NCBI GenBank assembly: GCA_963725585.1
Contig: CAVRYU010000006.1
Span: forward strand, 20,540-84,539
DNA from: an uncultured Bacteroidales bacterium
Lineage (GTDB): Bacteria; Bacteroidota; Bacteroidia; Bacteroidales; VadinHA17
DNA: 64,000 nucleotides
Direction of reading: 5' to 3'
The first letter of the stretch is position 1. The number at the start of each line of letters is the position of its first letter. Of the stretch, positions 43,273 through 53,753 are shown in pieces. Under the pieces are notes generated by a model, which did not search any database, had not been told where the DNA came from, and worked only from the letters and a program-made list of their open reading frames with translations. Both the position numbers and the translations under genes were made by a program.

Positions 43273-44044
43273 ATGAACCGGTATATATTTATTGTACTTA
43301 TTGCTTTATCTGTAGTGACAGCAACATGTACAGGCAGGAGGAATAAAGCAGAACACAAAGGCATAATTCCGGAGAAAGATCTTACATCAATCCTGACAGA
43401 GGTACATATTGCTGACGGACTTCTGTCACTTCCTGAAATCAAATATAAATTTGTAAAAGGTGACACCCTGGAATCATATATCGACATTTTCGAAAAATAC
43501 GGTTACACAAAACCGCAGATGGACAGGACAATGAGATACTATTTTGTAAAAAAGCCAAAAAAGCTCATTAAAATCTATGACAGGGTGCTTGGAAGACTCA
43601 GTGAAATGGAGTCAAGGGTCGATAAGGAGTTGCTGGTTTTCAAGGCCGGGCAGACTAATTTATGGCCGGGAGAATTATTTTATTCTCTCCCTGATCCCGA
43701 CTCCAACGACACAGCCCTCATTGATTTTTCTTCCGGTTTCTACGGAACATTATACCTGAGATTTACGCTTACAATCTATCCCGATGACCAGTCAACTGAT
43801 CCTGTTATGGGATTATATTTCTCGAAGACAGATTCATCAGGAAATGAAACCAGGGTCCGCTTTTCACCTGTCCGTTTTATAAAGGACGGGCATTCTCACA
43901 ATTACAGGTTTACCCTGGTGCAGAATCTTACAGGGACAGTAAAGCTTCAGGGATGGTTCATTGACAAGCAGGGTGTTCTCCCCCGAAAGGGTGTATCATC
44001 ACAGGGTTGAAAACATTATCCTGACACGCAATCTTATTGAATAA
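43273..44044 (+). CDS. DUF4296-domain exported protein; probable indel near 43982
   Basis: IIPEKDL..IL.EVHIADG, IFEKYG..MRYY. Correcting the indel extends the frame to TAA at 44042-44044, overlapping the next ATG. Confidence 0.7.
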
Positions 44045-45219
44045 TGAAGCATTTTTCAGCTCAGTATATCTTTACAAATGAAGGGCCACCGCTGAAAAGA
44101 GGGATTGTGACAGTTGAAAACGATGGTACAATAACCGGAGTTGAGGATAGCGGAGGGAACCTTTCTGAAAAAGAATCAGTCGAGTTCCACAACGGGATAA
44201 TAGTACCCGGATTCGTGAACTGCCATTGTCACCTTGAATTGTCTCACATGAAGGACCTGATTCCTCCCAAAAAAGGTCTGGCTGAATTCCTGAAAAACTT
44301 CAAAATAAGAAGGGAAGAAGGCGGCGAAAACATAACGGCATCTGTTTCAAGGGCTGATAATGAGATGTACAGGGATGGTGTTGTCGTGTGTGCCGATATC
44401 TGCAATACAAGAATAACATTTGACATAAAGAAGAAAAGCAGGATAAAATATATTAACCTGCTCGAGGTCTTTGGCATTGATCCTGGAAAAGCTGATCGCA
44501 GGATGGATGAAATAAAACAACTCTTAAACATAGCCCGCGATTACAGAATACCTTCCTGGTTAGTTCCCCATTCTGCATATTCGCTTTCATTGACACTCTT
44601 CAGTTTATTGAGAGCTGAAACAGAATTGAATAAAATTACCTCCGTCCATTTTATGGAAACCGATTGTGAAAAATCATTTCTTAAGTATAACGACGGACCT
44701 ATTTTTGAGTCTTTTAAAGAATCGGGACTTGAAGTTGATGGACTTGAAACAGTTGAAGATCTTGAAACTGCAATACTGGATGAAATAACTCCTTCAGGCA
44801 ATCTGATCCTGGTCCACAATACCTTTGCTGACCGGACTACAATAAAGAAGATTAAAAAGAGGGAGAACCTTTACTGGTGCCTTTGCCCGAATGCAAATCT
44901 TTACATCGAAGATAAGGTGCCTCCGGTTGATCTGCTTATTGAAGAAGACTGCCTGATAGTGACGGGCACTGACAGCCTTGCATCAAACAGCCGTTTAAGC
45001 ATTCTTGAAGAACTGAAAACGCTGCACGGATATTATCCATGGGTACCGCTTCAGGACCTTATCGGGTGGGCAACTATTAACGGGGCCATGGCTCTTGGCG
45101 AAGAGGCGGAATACGGAAGCATTAAGCCGGGGAAAAAACCCGGGTTGCTTCTTCTTCAGGATATTGATCTTAATAAAATGCAATTGCTTCCCGAAAGTAA
45201 TATCATAAGATTGATCTGA
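44044..45219 (+). CDS. Amidohydrolase-family metal-dependent deaminase
   Basis: PGFVNCHCHLELSH, VPHSAYS, CLCPNAN, GTDSLASN and ATINGA. Confidence 0.88.
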   Translation: MKHFSAQYIFTNEGPPLKRGIVTVENDGTITGVEDSGGNLSEKESVEFHNGIIVPGFVNCHCHLELSHMKDLIPPKKGLAEFLKNFKIRREEGGENITASVSRADNEMYRDGVVVCADICNTRITFDIKKKSRIKYINLLEVFGIDPGKADRRMDEIKQLLNIARDYRIPSWLVPHSAYSLSLTLFSLLRAETELNKITSVHFMETDCEKSFLKYNDGPIFESFKESGLEVDGLETVEDLETAILDEITPSGNLILVHNTFADRTTIKKIKKRENLYWCLCPNANLYIEDKVPPVDLLIEEDCLIVTGTDSLASNSRLSILEELKTLHGYYPWVPLQDLIGWATINGAMALGEEAEYGSIKPGKKPGLLLLQDIDLNKMQLLPESNIIRLI

Positions 45220-45230
45220 GGAATAATTAA

Positions 45231-45337
45231 GGTTCTTGGTTTCTAAATTCCCCCTTTTAAGGGGGCGAGGGGGATGTTTCTTGATCTTGAATAATACCTG
45301 TCCGCTGGCAAGTATCCAACAACAAGCAACAAGCAAC
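45231..45337. repeat. Second copy of the CCCCCTT..AAGGGGG hairpin arm, flanked by 7-mer repeats
   Basis: CCCCCTTTTAAGGGGGCGAGGGGGATGT (45250-45277) versus 1115-1141; both are preceded by GGTTC(C/T)TGGTT; CAACAAG repeats at 45317-45337. Confidence 0.65.
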
Positions 45338-45384
45338 TTAGGTTTTTTTATGCTAATTTTGCTCAGTTTCTGACAAATTAGGAA

Positions 45385-46167
45385 ATGCCAACATTTTTGT
45401 TCGACAGAATAATTTTCGGGCCGGTGAAAAGCAGGAGGCTTGGTGTATCTCTTGGGATCAACCTTTTACCGGCCAGCCGGAAAGTATGCAATTTCAACTG
45501 TATTTATTGCGAATGCGGCTGGACAAACGATTCATCAAAGGATAAAAACCCTCTTCCGAAACGTGCTGAGATATATAAAGCTCTTGATCAGAAGCTTTCA
45601 GAAATGAAGATGAAAAACACTTCTCCTGATGTGATAACATTTGCAGGAAACGGTGAACCAACACTGCATCCTGAATTCCCTGATATAGTTGATGATTGCA
45701 TTGAACTGAGAAACAAATACTTTCCGGAGGCAAGGATTGCCGTGTTATCAAATTCGACGACAATCACAATCCCTTCCATAAGGGAGGCATTGCTGAAAGT
45801 CGATCAGAACATACTCAAACTTGATTCCGGCTTCGATCTTACTGTAAGGGTCCATAACCAGCCGAAGGTAAATGTTAAGGTCGCTGAACTTATTGAAAAC
45901 CTCAGGAGTTTTAACGGTCAGCTGATAATACAGACACTTTTCCTTCGCGGATCAAATAACGGAAAATCAATTGACAATACAACACCTGAGGAGATCGAAG
46001 CATGGCTTAAAGCAATCGAAATGATAAAGCCTTATGAAGTCATGATCTACACTATCTCAAGAGATACCCCCGATGGCAACCGGCTTGAGAAAGTATCTGC
46101 AACAGAACTTAAGCGGATTGCTAAAATGGTTAACAGGCTGGGAATCAGGACAAGTGTATCAGGCTGA
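45385..46167 (+). CDS. Radical SAM protein (TYW1-like subgroup), function unknown
   Basis: FGPVKSRRLGVSLGINL, CNFNCIYCEC and GNGEPTLHP; TAATTTTG -7 box at 45354-45361. Confidence 0.88.
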   Translation: MPTFLFDRIIFGPVKSRRLGVSLGINLLPASRKVCNFNCIYCECGWTNDSSKDKNPLPKRAEIYKALDQKLSEMKMKNTSPDVITFAGNGEPTLHPEFPDIVDDCIELRNKYFPEARIAVLSNSTTITIPSIREALLKVDQNILKLDSGFDLTVRVHNQPKVNVKVAELIENLRSFNGQLIIQTLFLRGSNNGKSIDNTTPEEIEAWLKAIEMIKPYEVMIYTISRDTPDGNRLEKVSATELKRIAKMVNRLGIRTSVSG

Positions 46168-46169
46168 TT

Positions 46170-47263
46170 TTGAATAAGAATTGTAATATACTTATCTGTC
46201 CCCTCGAGTGGGGTCTTGGTCATGCGGGACGAATGATTCCGCTCGCCAGAAAGCTTCAGGAGCGTAATTACAATGTAATTATTGGTTCCGGTAAAACACA
46301 TCAGGCGATATTCAGGAATGAATTGCCGGGATTGACATATATTGATTTCCCGGGCTTCAATCCGGGTTATAGCAGATTCTTACCTCAGTATATTACCCTT
46401 TTACTGAAAACACCTCTTCTTTTATATCATATACTGGCTGAACACAGAAGGGTAAAACGAATAATCATTGAAAATAAAATCGACATTATTATTAGTGATA
46501 ACCGTTTCGGCCTCTGGAACAAGAGGATTAAAAGCGTTTATGTAACTCATCAGATCGTTATACCATTTCCGGGAAAATTCAAATTTCTTGAATGGGCCGG
46601 TATTTTGTTTCATCGTTTTTTTATTAAGAAATATTCTTTCTGCTTTATTCCTGATCTGCCCGGGGACTATAAATTTATCAGGCCGTCTGACACACGGAGT
46701 AAGAGTTCCGGGAAATTCAAGATATATAGGTTTATTGTCGAGATTTTCCGGCAGGTCCCAATCCGGTGAAAACAGATTCCGGTTTCCTCATAATACAGTG
46801 ATCCTGTCAGGGCCAGAGCCACAGAGAGGGATACTCAGACGAGAAGCTTATTGAGATCTTGAATAACATGGAGCCTCCTGCTGTTTTCCTTGAGGGGAAA
46901 CCAGGAAATTCGATTGAAATCTCAAAATCGGAAAATATTACTTCATATAATCACCTGCCGGCTGATGAAATGCAGGATATGATCACAGGAAGCACATGCA
47001 TTGTCGCCCGTTCGGGATATACATCAGTCATGGAACTTATAAGCCTGAATTGCAGCGCTTTGCTTATACCAACACCGGGCCAGCCGGAACAGGAGTATCT
47101 TGCAGAGCATCTTTCCGCAAAAGGATGGTTCAGTACAGTATCTCAAAGCAGACTTAATGAAAATACAATTCTGTCTTCGGGAAAAGCACTATGGACCCCG
47201 GAAATAATTGATGAAAGCAGGGAACTTCTTGAAAAAGCCCTTGATGAGCTCCTAAATAAATAA
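46170..47263 (+). CDS. GT-B glycosyltransferase (MurG/GT28-like), split by two indels
   Basis: CPLEWGLGHAGR and IISDNRFG, then LSGPEPQR, then RSGYTSVMEL..LIPTPGQPEQEYLA across three frames. Confidence 0.82.
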
Positions 47264-47893
47264 AATGAAAAGGCTTATTCCCATGAAGCCGGTCAGGAAG
47301 CCCACCCAGACCTGGGATGGATTATGGGCATTAAGCCGTAACCGGGATGAAAGTATAAGTCCACTTGCAAGTATTATCGCCAGCAGGTACCAGGTAAGCG
47401 GTGTATGCATCTTCAATGACAGGGAAAAAACTGTTGCCGTGAGCGCCCCGGCACCGACTGCATGTATTGATATCTTCCACCAGAAATTTATCATCGACAC
47501 AACGATTGCCACTACGGATGTGGCAAAAATGAATGATTTCAGGAAAAAAGGTATCTGATACCTGAAAACTATGAATGATGTTGTGCAATAAAGAATTGAA
47601 GTTATAAGCAGAGGAATAATCCGTTCCTTCCTGTCGTCGATATGGAATGAACTTATTAAATTCCTGTACCTTAAAAAAGGAAGCAAAGCAAGAGGAAGTA
47701 AAACATTGTCAATGACCACAACTATAAAAAGAACCCTTTTAGCTTCTGCCGGAAGATATTTAAGAAATGTGGGAGCCGACAACAAAATCGCAAGTCCGTA
47801 CAAAGGCATGAAAAGAGGATGAAAAACTATCGAAACAATTTTTGCAAGATTATCAGGAAGATTTGATTGTTGTCCGGTGTTCATTTCTTTCAT
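47252..47893 (-). CDS. Integral membrane protein with a PAP2-like C-terminus
   Basis: Multiple TM helices; SIVFHP, KISIHA and SRLRLNAHNPSQVWVG. Confidence 0.7.
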   Translation of the reverse strand: MKEMNTGQQSNLPDNLAKIVSIVFHPLFMPLYGLAILLSAPTFLKYLPAEAKRVLFIVVVIDNVLLPLALLPFLRYRNLISSFHIDDRKERIIPLLITSILYCTTSFIVFRYQIPFFLKSFIFATSVVAIVVSMINFWWKISIHAVGAGALTATVFSLSLKMHTPLTWYLLAIILASGLILSSRLRLNAHNPSQVWVGFLTGFMGISLFILFI

Positions 47894-47902
47894 ATTACAC
47901 TC

Positions 47903-49363
47903 CTAAATCTCCCTTCTTAATCTGGCAACCGGAATATTAAGCTGTTCGCGGTATTTTGCAACTGTCCGGCGGGCAATCTGATATCCCTTTTCCTGGAGAA
48001 TATCTGTAAGCCGTTCATCAGTGAGAGGTCTTCTTTTTTCTTCATTCTCAATGCAGTCCTGCAGGATTCTTTTAATCTCCCTGGTTGAAACCTCTTCACC
48101 GCTGTCGGTCTGAAGTCCTTCGGAAAAGAAGAATTTAAGCGGGAAGATACCGAAATGTGTCTGGATGTATTTGCTGTTTGCAACTCTTGACACTGTTGAA
48201 ATATCAAGCCCGGTCATTTCAGCAACATCTTTCAGAATCATTGGTTTAAGCTTTGTCTCATCACCGTCGATAAAATATTCCTCCTGGTACTCAAGTATTG
48301 CGTTCATTGTCAGGAGAAGTGTGTTTTGCCGTTGCCTTATTGCATCGATGAACCATTTGGCGGAATCGATCTTTTGCTTCACAAACATTATGGCCTCCTT
48401 CATCTCTTTCTTCTGACCCTTATCCTTAATATAGGAGCGAAGCATCTCATTGTAGGATGAACTCAGTCTGAGTTCAGGAAGATTCCGTGAATTGAGGTGC
48501 AGATCAAATCCATCCTCAGAAAGCTCAAGAATGAAATCGGGGATTATAGGCTGGGATGTCCTTGTAAAGGAATCACTGAAAAGGCTTCCCGGTTTTGGAT
48601 TCAGCTTCAGGATTTCATCTATGACAAGTTTAAGATCATGCTCAGAAATCCCCATCCTGGCGGTTATTTTATCATAATGCCTTTTGCTGAATTCCTCAAA
48701 ATATTGATCGAGAACAGTATATGCTGTTTTCAGTGCCGGTTGTGTGCGCTCCTTTATTGCCAGCTGAATTAAAAGTGACTCCCTGAGAGTTCTTGCACCG
48801 ACACCGGGAGGATCAAGATCCTGAATTATTTCAAGAACATCCTCAAGTTCCTTTTCAGTTGTTGTGACATTCTGAAGAAATGCAAGATCATCGACTATGT
48901 TAGCCAGTTCCCGTCTGAGATAACCGTCTTCGTCAATATTTCCCAGAATATATTCTCCGAGGATTTTTTGCTTTTCATCAAGATCCCTGAGGCTGAGCTG
49001 CGATTCAAGATGCTCCTGGAATGAAGAGCCGACTGAAAACGGAATTTCGTTTCTCTTTTCATCCTCCTTGCTGTAATTGTTTGTCTGAAGACGGTACTCG
49101 GGAATCTCCTCATCTTCAATATAATCATCAATTGTAAATTCCTCCTGGTCCTTATCCTTTTCATCAAACTGTTCTTCATCGGTTTCTTCATTACCGATCT
49201 CTTCATCCTCCTCGGATCCCTCTTCGAGCGCCGGATTCTCCTCAAGTTCTTTTTTAATACGTTGCTCAATCTGCAATGTAGGCACCTCCAGCAGCTTGAT
49301 CATCTGGATCTGCTGAGGGGAAAGTTTCTGAAGCAGTTTCTGCTGTAACTTTTGCTTTAGCAT
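47903..49363 (-). CDS. rpoN: RNA polymerase sigma-54 factor
   Basis: Q/L-rich region I, DPPGVGAR, HTH DISTVSR and the RpoN box ARRTVAKYRE. Confidence 0.98.
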   Translation of the reverse strand: MLKQKLQQKLLQKLSPQQIQMIKLLEVPTLQIEQRIKKELEENPALEEGSEEDEEIGNEETDEEQFDEKDKDQEEFTIDDYIEDEEIPEYRLQTNNYSKEDEKRNEIPFSVGSSFQEHLESQLSLRDLDEKQKILGEYILGNIDEDGYLRRELANIVDDLAFLQNVTTTEKELEDVLEIIQDLDPPGVGARTLRESLLIQLAIKERTQPALKTAYTVLDQYFEEFSKRHYDKITARMGISEHDLKLVIDEILKLNPKPGSLFSDSFTRTSQPIIPDFILELSEDGFDLHLNSRNLPELRLSSSYNEMLRSYIKDKGQKKEMKEAIMFVKQKIDSAKWFIDAIRQRQNTLLLTMNAILEYQEEYFIDGDETKLKPMILKDVAEMTGLDISTVSRVANSKYIQTHFGIFPLKFFFSEGLQTDSGEEVSTREIKRILQDCIENEEKRRPLTDERLTDILQEKGYQIARRTVAKYREQLNIPVARLRREI

Positions 49364-49397
49364 ACTTTGCAGTTATGAAAAATAAAAAATTTAATTT

Positions 49398-50789
49398 CTA
49401 AAATTCGGCGTTTTTAGGTGTCCTTGGAAACGGGATTACATCTCTTATATTTGACATTCCGGTCATAAATAATATCAGTCGCTCGAATCCAAGGCCGAAT
49501 CCGCTGTGAGGAGCAGTGCCGTATTTTCTTGTTTCGAGGTACCACCAAAGCTCCTTTTCAGGAAGCTTCAGCTCCCGGATCCTGTTCATCAGTTTATCAT
49601 AAATCTCTTCTCTTTGCGATCCGCCGATAATCTCACCAATCCCGGGGAAAAGCACATCCATGGCTTTTACAGTTTTTCCATCATCGTTCTGCTTCATGTA
49701 AAATGCCTTGATCTCCTTTGGATAGTCAATAAGGATTACAGGACGCTTAAAGTGCTCTTCAACAAGGTATCGTTCGTGCTCAGCCTGAAGGTCCCTTCCC
49801 CATCCAACAGGATATTCCCACTTCCTGTCCGCTGCAGTCAGGATTTCTACCGCTTCAGTATACGGGAGCCTCACAAATTTGTTCGAAACCACGAATTTCA
49901 GTCTTTCAAGGAGTCCCTTGTCGATCATGCTGTTCAGGAAATCAAGGTCCTCCCTGCAGTTGTCGAGTGCATATTTTATAAGGTACTTCAGAAAATCCTC
50001 CGCAAGATCCATATTGTCATTCAGATCGTAGAAAGCCATTTCCGGTTCAATCATCCAGAACTCTGCCAGGTGCCTGGGTGTATTTGAATTTTCAGCCCTG
50101 AATGTCGGACCAAAAGTGTAAATTTCACCAAGGGCCAGGGCACCCAGCTCACCTTCAAGCTGTCCGGAAACAGTCAGGTTCGTCTCCTTCCCGAAGAAAT
50201 CGTTCCTGTAATCAACAGTTCCCTGCTCATTGAAAGGAAGGTTTTTGAGATCAAGTGTTGTAACATGGAACATTTCCCCGGCTCCTTCAGCATCACTTCC
50301 CGTAATTACAGGTGTATGTAAATAATAGAATCCATTGTCGTTAAAGTACTTGTGAATCGCAAAGGCCATCGAATGCCTGATCCGGAAAACCGCTCCGAAA
50401 GTATTTGTCCTGAAGCGCAGATGGGCATGCTCCCTGAGAAACTCCATTGAATGACCTTTCTTCTGAAGAGGATAGGTTTCTGCATCACTTTTGCCATACA
50501 GTTCTATCATTTCAGCATTTATCTCGACACTCTGTCCCTGTCCCTGCGATTCAACCAGCTTCCCGGTAACGGCTATGCATGCTCCCGTTGAGATATCCTT
50601 TAAAAGATCCTCATCAAATAATGCAGTATCGGCAACAATCTGGATATTATTTATCGTTGAACCGTCATTCAGAGCTATGAAGGCAATGTTCTTGTTTCCC
50701 CTTTTCGTTCTTACCCATCCCTTTACCACAACATCAATTCCCGTAACGGGATTGGCTAATAGCTCTTTAACCTTTTTCCTTTTCATCAT
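49398..50789 (-). CDS. asnS: Asparagine--tRNA ligase
   Basis: [35 protein letters not shown] and GFGLGFER; TACTTTTG -7 box at 50819-50826. Confidence 0.97.
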   Translation of the reverse strand: MMKRKKVKELLANPVTGIDVVVKGWVRTKRGNKNIAFIALNDGSTINNIQIVADTALFDEDLLKDISTGACIAVTGKLVESQGQGQSVEINAEMIELYGKSDAETYPLQKKGHSMEFLREHAHLRFRTNTFGAVFRIRHSMAFAIHKYFNDNGFYYLHTPVITGSDAEGAGEMFHVTTLDLKNLPFNEQGTVDYRNDFFGKETNLTVSGQLEGELGALALGEIYTFGPTFRAENSNTPRHLAEFWMIEPEMAFYDLNDNMDLAEDFLKYLIKYALDNCREDLDFLNSMIDKGLLERLKFVVSNKFVRLPYTEAVEILTAADRKWEYPVGWGRDLQAEHERYLVEEHFKRPVILIDYPKEIKAFYMKQNDDGKTVKAMDVLFPGIGEIIGGSQREEIYDKLMNRIRELKLPEKELWWYLETRKYGTAPHSGFGLGFERLILFMTGMSNIRDVIPFPRTPKNAEF

Positions 50790-51017
50790 AAAATATAATT
50801 GTCACAAATTTCCCCCCGCAAAAGTAATAAAATGTTAATCTTGATACCGCATATAATTGCTATTATTTTTGTAAGTGACTACCAATTAATCAGTAATTTA
50901 TACCGATAATATATTCTTCATAAAATATAGTTTTACTATCAACGTCGTCCATAAATTTTTATGGTCACTGAACGATCATACGCTTATACTTCAAGTCAGG
51001 GGATAGGGGCATACCGA

Positions 51018-51048
51018 TTTGACAATTAGGAAAATCTGCATAACTTTG
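51018..51048 (+). promoter_or_regulatory. Bacteroidota promoter TTTG-N19-TAACTTTG for the universal stress protein
   Basis: Both -33 and -7 elements are present with 19-nt spacing. Confidence 0.65.
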
Positions 51049-51076
51049 GATATATAACAATAAACAGATAACCAAT

Positions 51077-51934
51077 ATGGAAGAAATCAAGAAACTTATA
51101 ATCGTGCCATGGGATTTTACAAATGTTGCCGAATCAGCTTTGGCACATGCTGTTAAGATCGGACGCATGGTTAATAATGATATTTGCCTTTTGCATATAG
51201 TCGATCCTGCCGTCACGGTCAAAGCGGAAGGAGAGAAAAGGGCCCTTCTGAAACATATTGCTGAAGATAACAGCAGGAAGTACAATATAAACATAATCGC
51301 AAATGTTGTAAAGGGCAGTATTTTCACTTCCATAGCTGAATTTGCAAATTCAAGGGATAAAGAGGCAAACCTTGTGGTTATGGGAACTCACGGAATGAAG
51401 GGGATGCAAAAACTTACCGGAAGCTGGGCGCTTAAAGTAATTGTTAAATCCAAAATCCCATTTATAGTTGTACAGGAGCCTCCGGCCGACCAGAACAGAT
51501 ACCATAATATTGTTTTCCCTATTGATTTCAGGGTTGAAAACAAGGAAAAAATGGGAATGGCTATTTTTATGGGAAAATACTTTGATTCAAAAGTTCACAT
51601 TCTAAAGACAGTTACCACTGATAAAGGACTTACGGCAAAGGTAAACAAAAGCCTGAATTTTGCGGTCAAATACCTGATCCAGAACAATGTGGAATATGAA
51701 ATTCACGATGTTCCGAACGGAAAGTTTGCTCAACAAACAATTAATTTTGCACAAAAGATAAATGCTGACCTGATCCTTATTGTAACAACCAAGAACATTA
51801 CATTTGCTGATTATGTGGTTGGAGCGTCAGAGCAGTACATTATTGCAAACAGTTCCAAAATACCTGTTTGCTGTGTAAATCCTAAAGCGTCATTTGCAAA
51901 CACTTCTCAGTTTATGGGCGGTTGGGGAGCATAA
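51077..51934 (+). CDS. Universal stress protein (tandem USP domains)
   Basis: IIVPWDF, LVVMGTHG..GS, a second domain IVFPIDF and ADLILI. Confidence 0.9.
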   Translation: MEEIKKLIIVPWDFTNVAESALAHAVKIGRMVNNDICLLHIVDPAVTVKAEGEKRALLKHIAEDNSRKYNINIIANVVKGSIFTSIAEFANSRDKEANLVVMGTHGMKGMQKLTGSWALKVIVKSKIPFIVVQEPPADQNRYHNIVFPIDFRVENKEKMGMAIFMGKYFDSKVHILKTVTTDKGLTAKVNKSLNFAVKYLIQNNVEYEIHDVPNGKFAQQTINFAQKINADLILIVTTKNITFADYVVGASEQYIIANSSKIPVCCVNPKASFANTSQFMGGWGA

Positions 51935-51963
51935 AAAAATCCGGGGAATACCCGGATTTTTTT
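51933..51963. terminator. Bidirectional intrinsic terminator
   Basis: AAAAAAATCCGGG-GAATA-CCCGGATTTTTTT between convergent genes. Confidence 0.88.
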
Positions 51964-51975
51964 ATAAATGGATTA

Positions 51976-52431
51976 TTAGGTTTCCGAGGATTTCTTTGTA
52001 GGTATATTATCCTTGGCAAGAGAAGCGAGTCCTCCGATTACTCCCAGATTCATCGAGTCCAGTGCAGAACTGGGAACGATAACCATTGAACCTTTTTCTT
52101 TTAATCCTTCATAAAGCATATTCATGCCACGTAAATGCAGTGCTATAGGATTATCAGCATATTGCAGGCTTGCTTTGGCAAATTTTTCCGCAATTTCGGT
52201 TTCTGCGGTTCCAAGAATAACCCTGGCTTTTCTTTCTCTTTCAGCCTGTGCCTGTTTGCTCATGGCATCTGCAAGAGCCTGTGGTATTATAATATCCCTG
52301 ATACCTACTGTCTGGCAGGTTATTCCCCACGGATTTGTGTTTGCATCAAGGGTTTTCTGAAGATCTTCTGCTATTTTTTCTCTGTCCTGGAGCAGATCGG
52401 CCAGCTCGTGCTTCCCGATAATATCCCTGAG
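51976..52431 (-). pseudogene. SPFH/band-7 (slipin) gene, 5' half missing
   Basis: Open frame LRDIIGKHELADLLQDREKI...WGI..V.IRDI..P..L..AM..QAQAERE. Upstream of 52431 there is no start codon, an in-frame stop follows within six codons, and gldA starts at 52444. Confidence 0.8.
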
Positions 52432-52443
52432 AGGAATTGATTT

Positions 52444-53359
52444 ATGTCAATTGTAGTTCAGGGTGTTACAAAGTTTTACGGTGAACAGAAGGCTCTTGAT
52501 AATGTCTCTTTTGAAATAAAGACCGGCGAGATTGTCGGATTCCTCGGTCCGAATGGCGCAGGCAAGTCAACAATGATGAAGATCATTACCGGCTTTATCC
52601 CCCCTTCTTCCGGAAATGTACTTGTGAATGGCATTGAAACAAGTGACGGCTCACTCGAAATCAAGAAAAAAGATCGGTTATCTGCCTGAAAATAATCCTT
52701 TGTACCCCGAAATGTACATAAGGGAATATCTTCAGTTTGCAGCATCATTATACAAATCCGATATCCCTGTTAAAAAGCAGATTGACAATATTATTGAAGT
52801 TACCGGCCTGGCACCGGAACAGAAAAAAAAGATCGGCTCGCTCTCAAAAGGCTACAGACAGAGAGTTGGTCTCGCACAGGCTCTGATCCATAATCCTGAT
52901 GTACTGATACTTGATGAGGCAACTACAGGACTCGATCCCAACCAGATAGTTGAGATAAGAAATCTTATCCGCGATGCCGGAAAGCAAAAAACTGTGATGC
53001 TTTCAACACATATCATGCAGGAAGTTGAAGCAATATGCAACAGGGTTATTATCATCGATAAGGGCGTAATTGTCGCTGATGAGGAAAAAAAGGATATCTA
53101 TTCAAAAATACACCAGGCTAAGCAGGTCATTTTTGTCGAGTTCGGGAGTGACATTGATGAGACATCGCTCAAGGCAATACCCATGGTTGATTCCGTAAAA
53201 AAATCAAAAGGCAACACCTGGCTTATCGAATCTTCAGGTGACCAGGATATCCGTCCTGCAATTTTCGCTTTTGCTGTAAGCAATAACCTTACTGTTCTCT
53301 CACTTCAGAAGAAAGAGAATAATCTGGAGGAAGTATTCAGGATTCTGACAAATGGGTAG
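52444..53359 (+). CDS. gldA: Gliding-associated ABC ATPase GldA-like, indel near 52668
   Basis: GFLGPNGAGKSTMMKI, then IGYLPENNPLY, LSKGYRQRVGLAQA, DEATTGLDPNQ and STHIMQEVEA. Confidence 0.8.
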
Positions 53360-53368
53360 ATGCATTAA

Positions 53369-53500
53369 AACCACCCCGTCCTGACCCTTTGGGCATGACA
53401 CCCCTCCTTGCAAAGGAGAGGAAAGTATTGATATACAACACCATATATTTCTCCTCCTTTTTAAGGAGGAGTATCCCGCCGCTGGCGGGAGGAGGTGGTT
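53369..53500. repeat. Branched palindromic element (REP-like) downstream of gldA
   Basis: Terminal AACCACC/GGTGGTT enclosing hairpins CTCCTT-GCA-AAGGAG, CTCCTCCTT-TTT-AAGGAGGAG and TCCCGCC-GCT-GGCGGGA. Confidence 0.75.
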
Positions 53501-53571
53501 GTCGTTTTAACTCCCCAATATGATTTTCTTTGTATTTCTTATTATTTCTTGCTTTCTTTGCATGTCAAAAT

Positions 53572-53626
53572 CTGGTGGAGAAATTTGAGCTGATTGCAAC
53601 CACAGGAAAAAATGCTAAAATGCCAT
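53572..53626 (+). ncRNA. SAM-II-type riboswitch upstream of metK
   Basis: GTGG-AGAAATTTGAGCTGA-TTGCAA-CCAC...GCTAAAATGC matches the SAM-II pattern (GTGG..ATTTG..TTGC..CCAC..GCTAAA), and it lies in the 5' leader of SAM synthetase. Confidence 0.75.
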
Positions 53627-53668
53627 AATCCCTGTTTTCCAGTCAACCAAACTTCCCAGCATTTGTTC

Positions 53669-53746
53669 AAGTACTTAAAGTGAGCTAAAGTTTAAGATTT
53701 AATTTAAAACTTTAAGTACTCTAAGTACTTTAGTCACTCTAAACTT
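53669..53746. repeat. Inverted array of 9-mer repeats (ACTTTAAGT-like) in the metK leader
   Basis: Left: AAGT-ACTTAAAGT-GAGCTAAAGT. Right: ACTTTAAGT-ACTCTAAGT-ACTTTAGTC-ACTCTAAAC, in reverse-complement orientation. Confidence 0.65.
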
Positions 53747-53753
53747 AATTATT

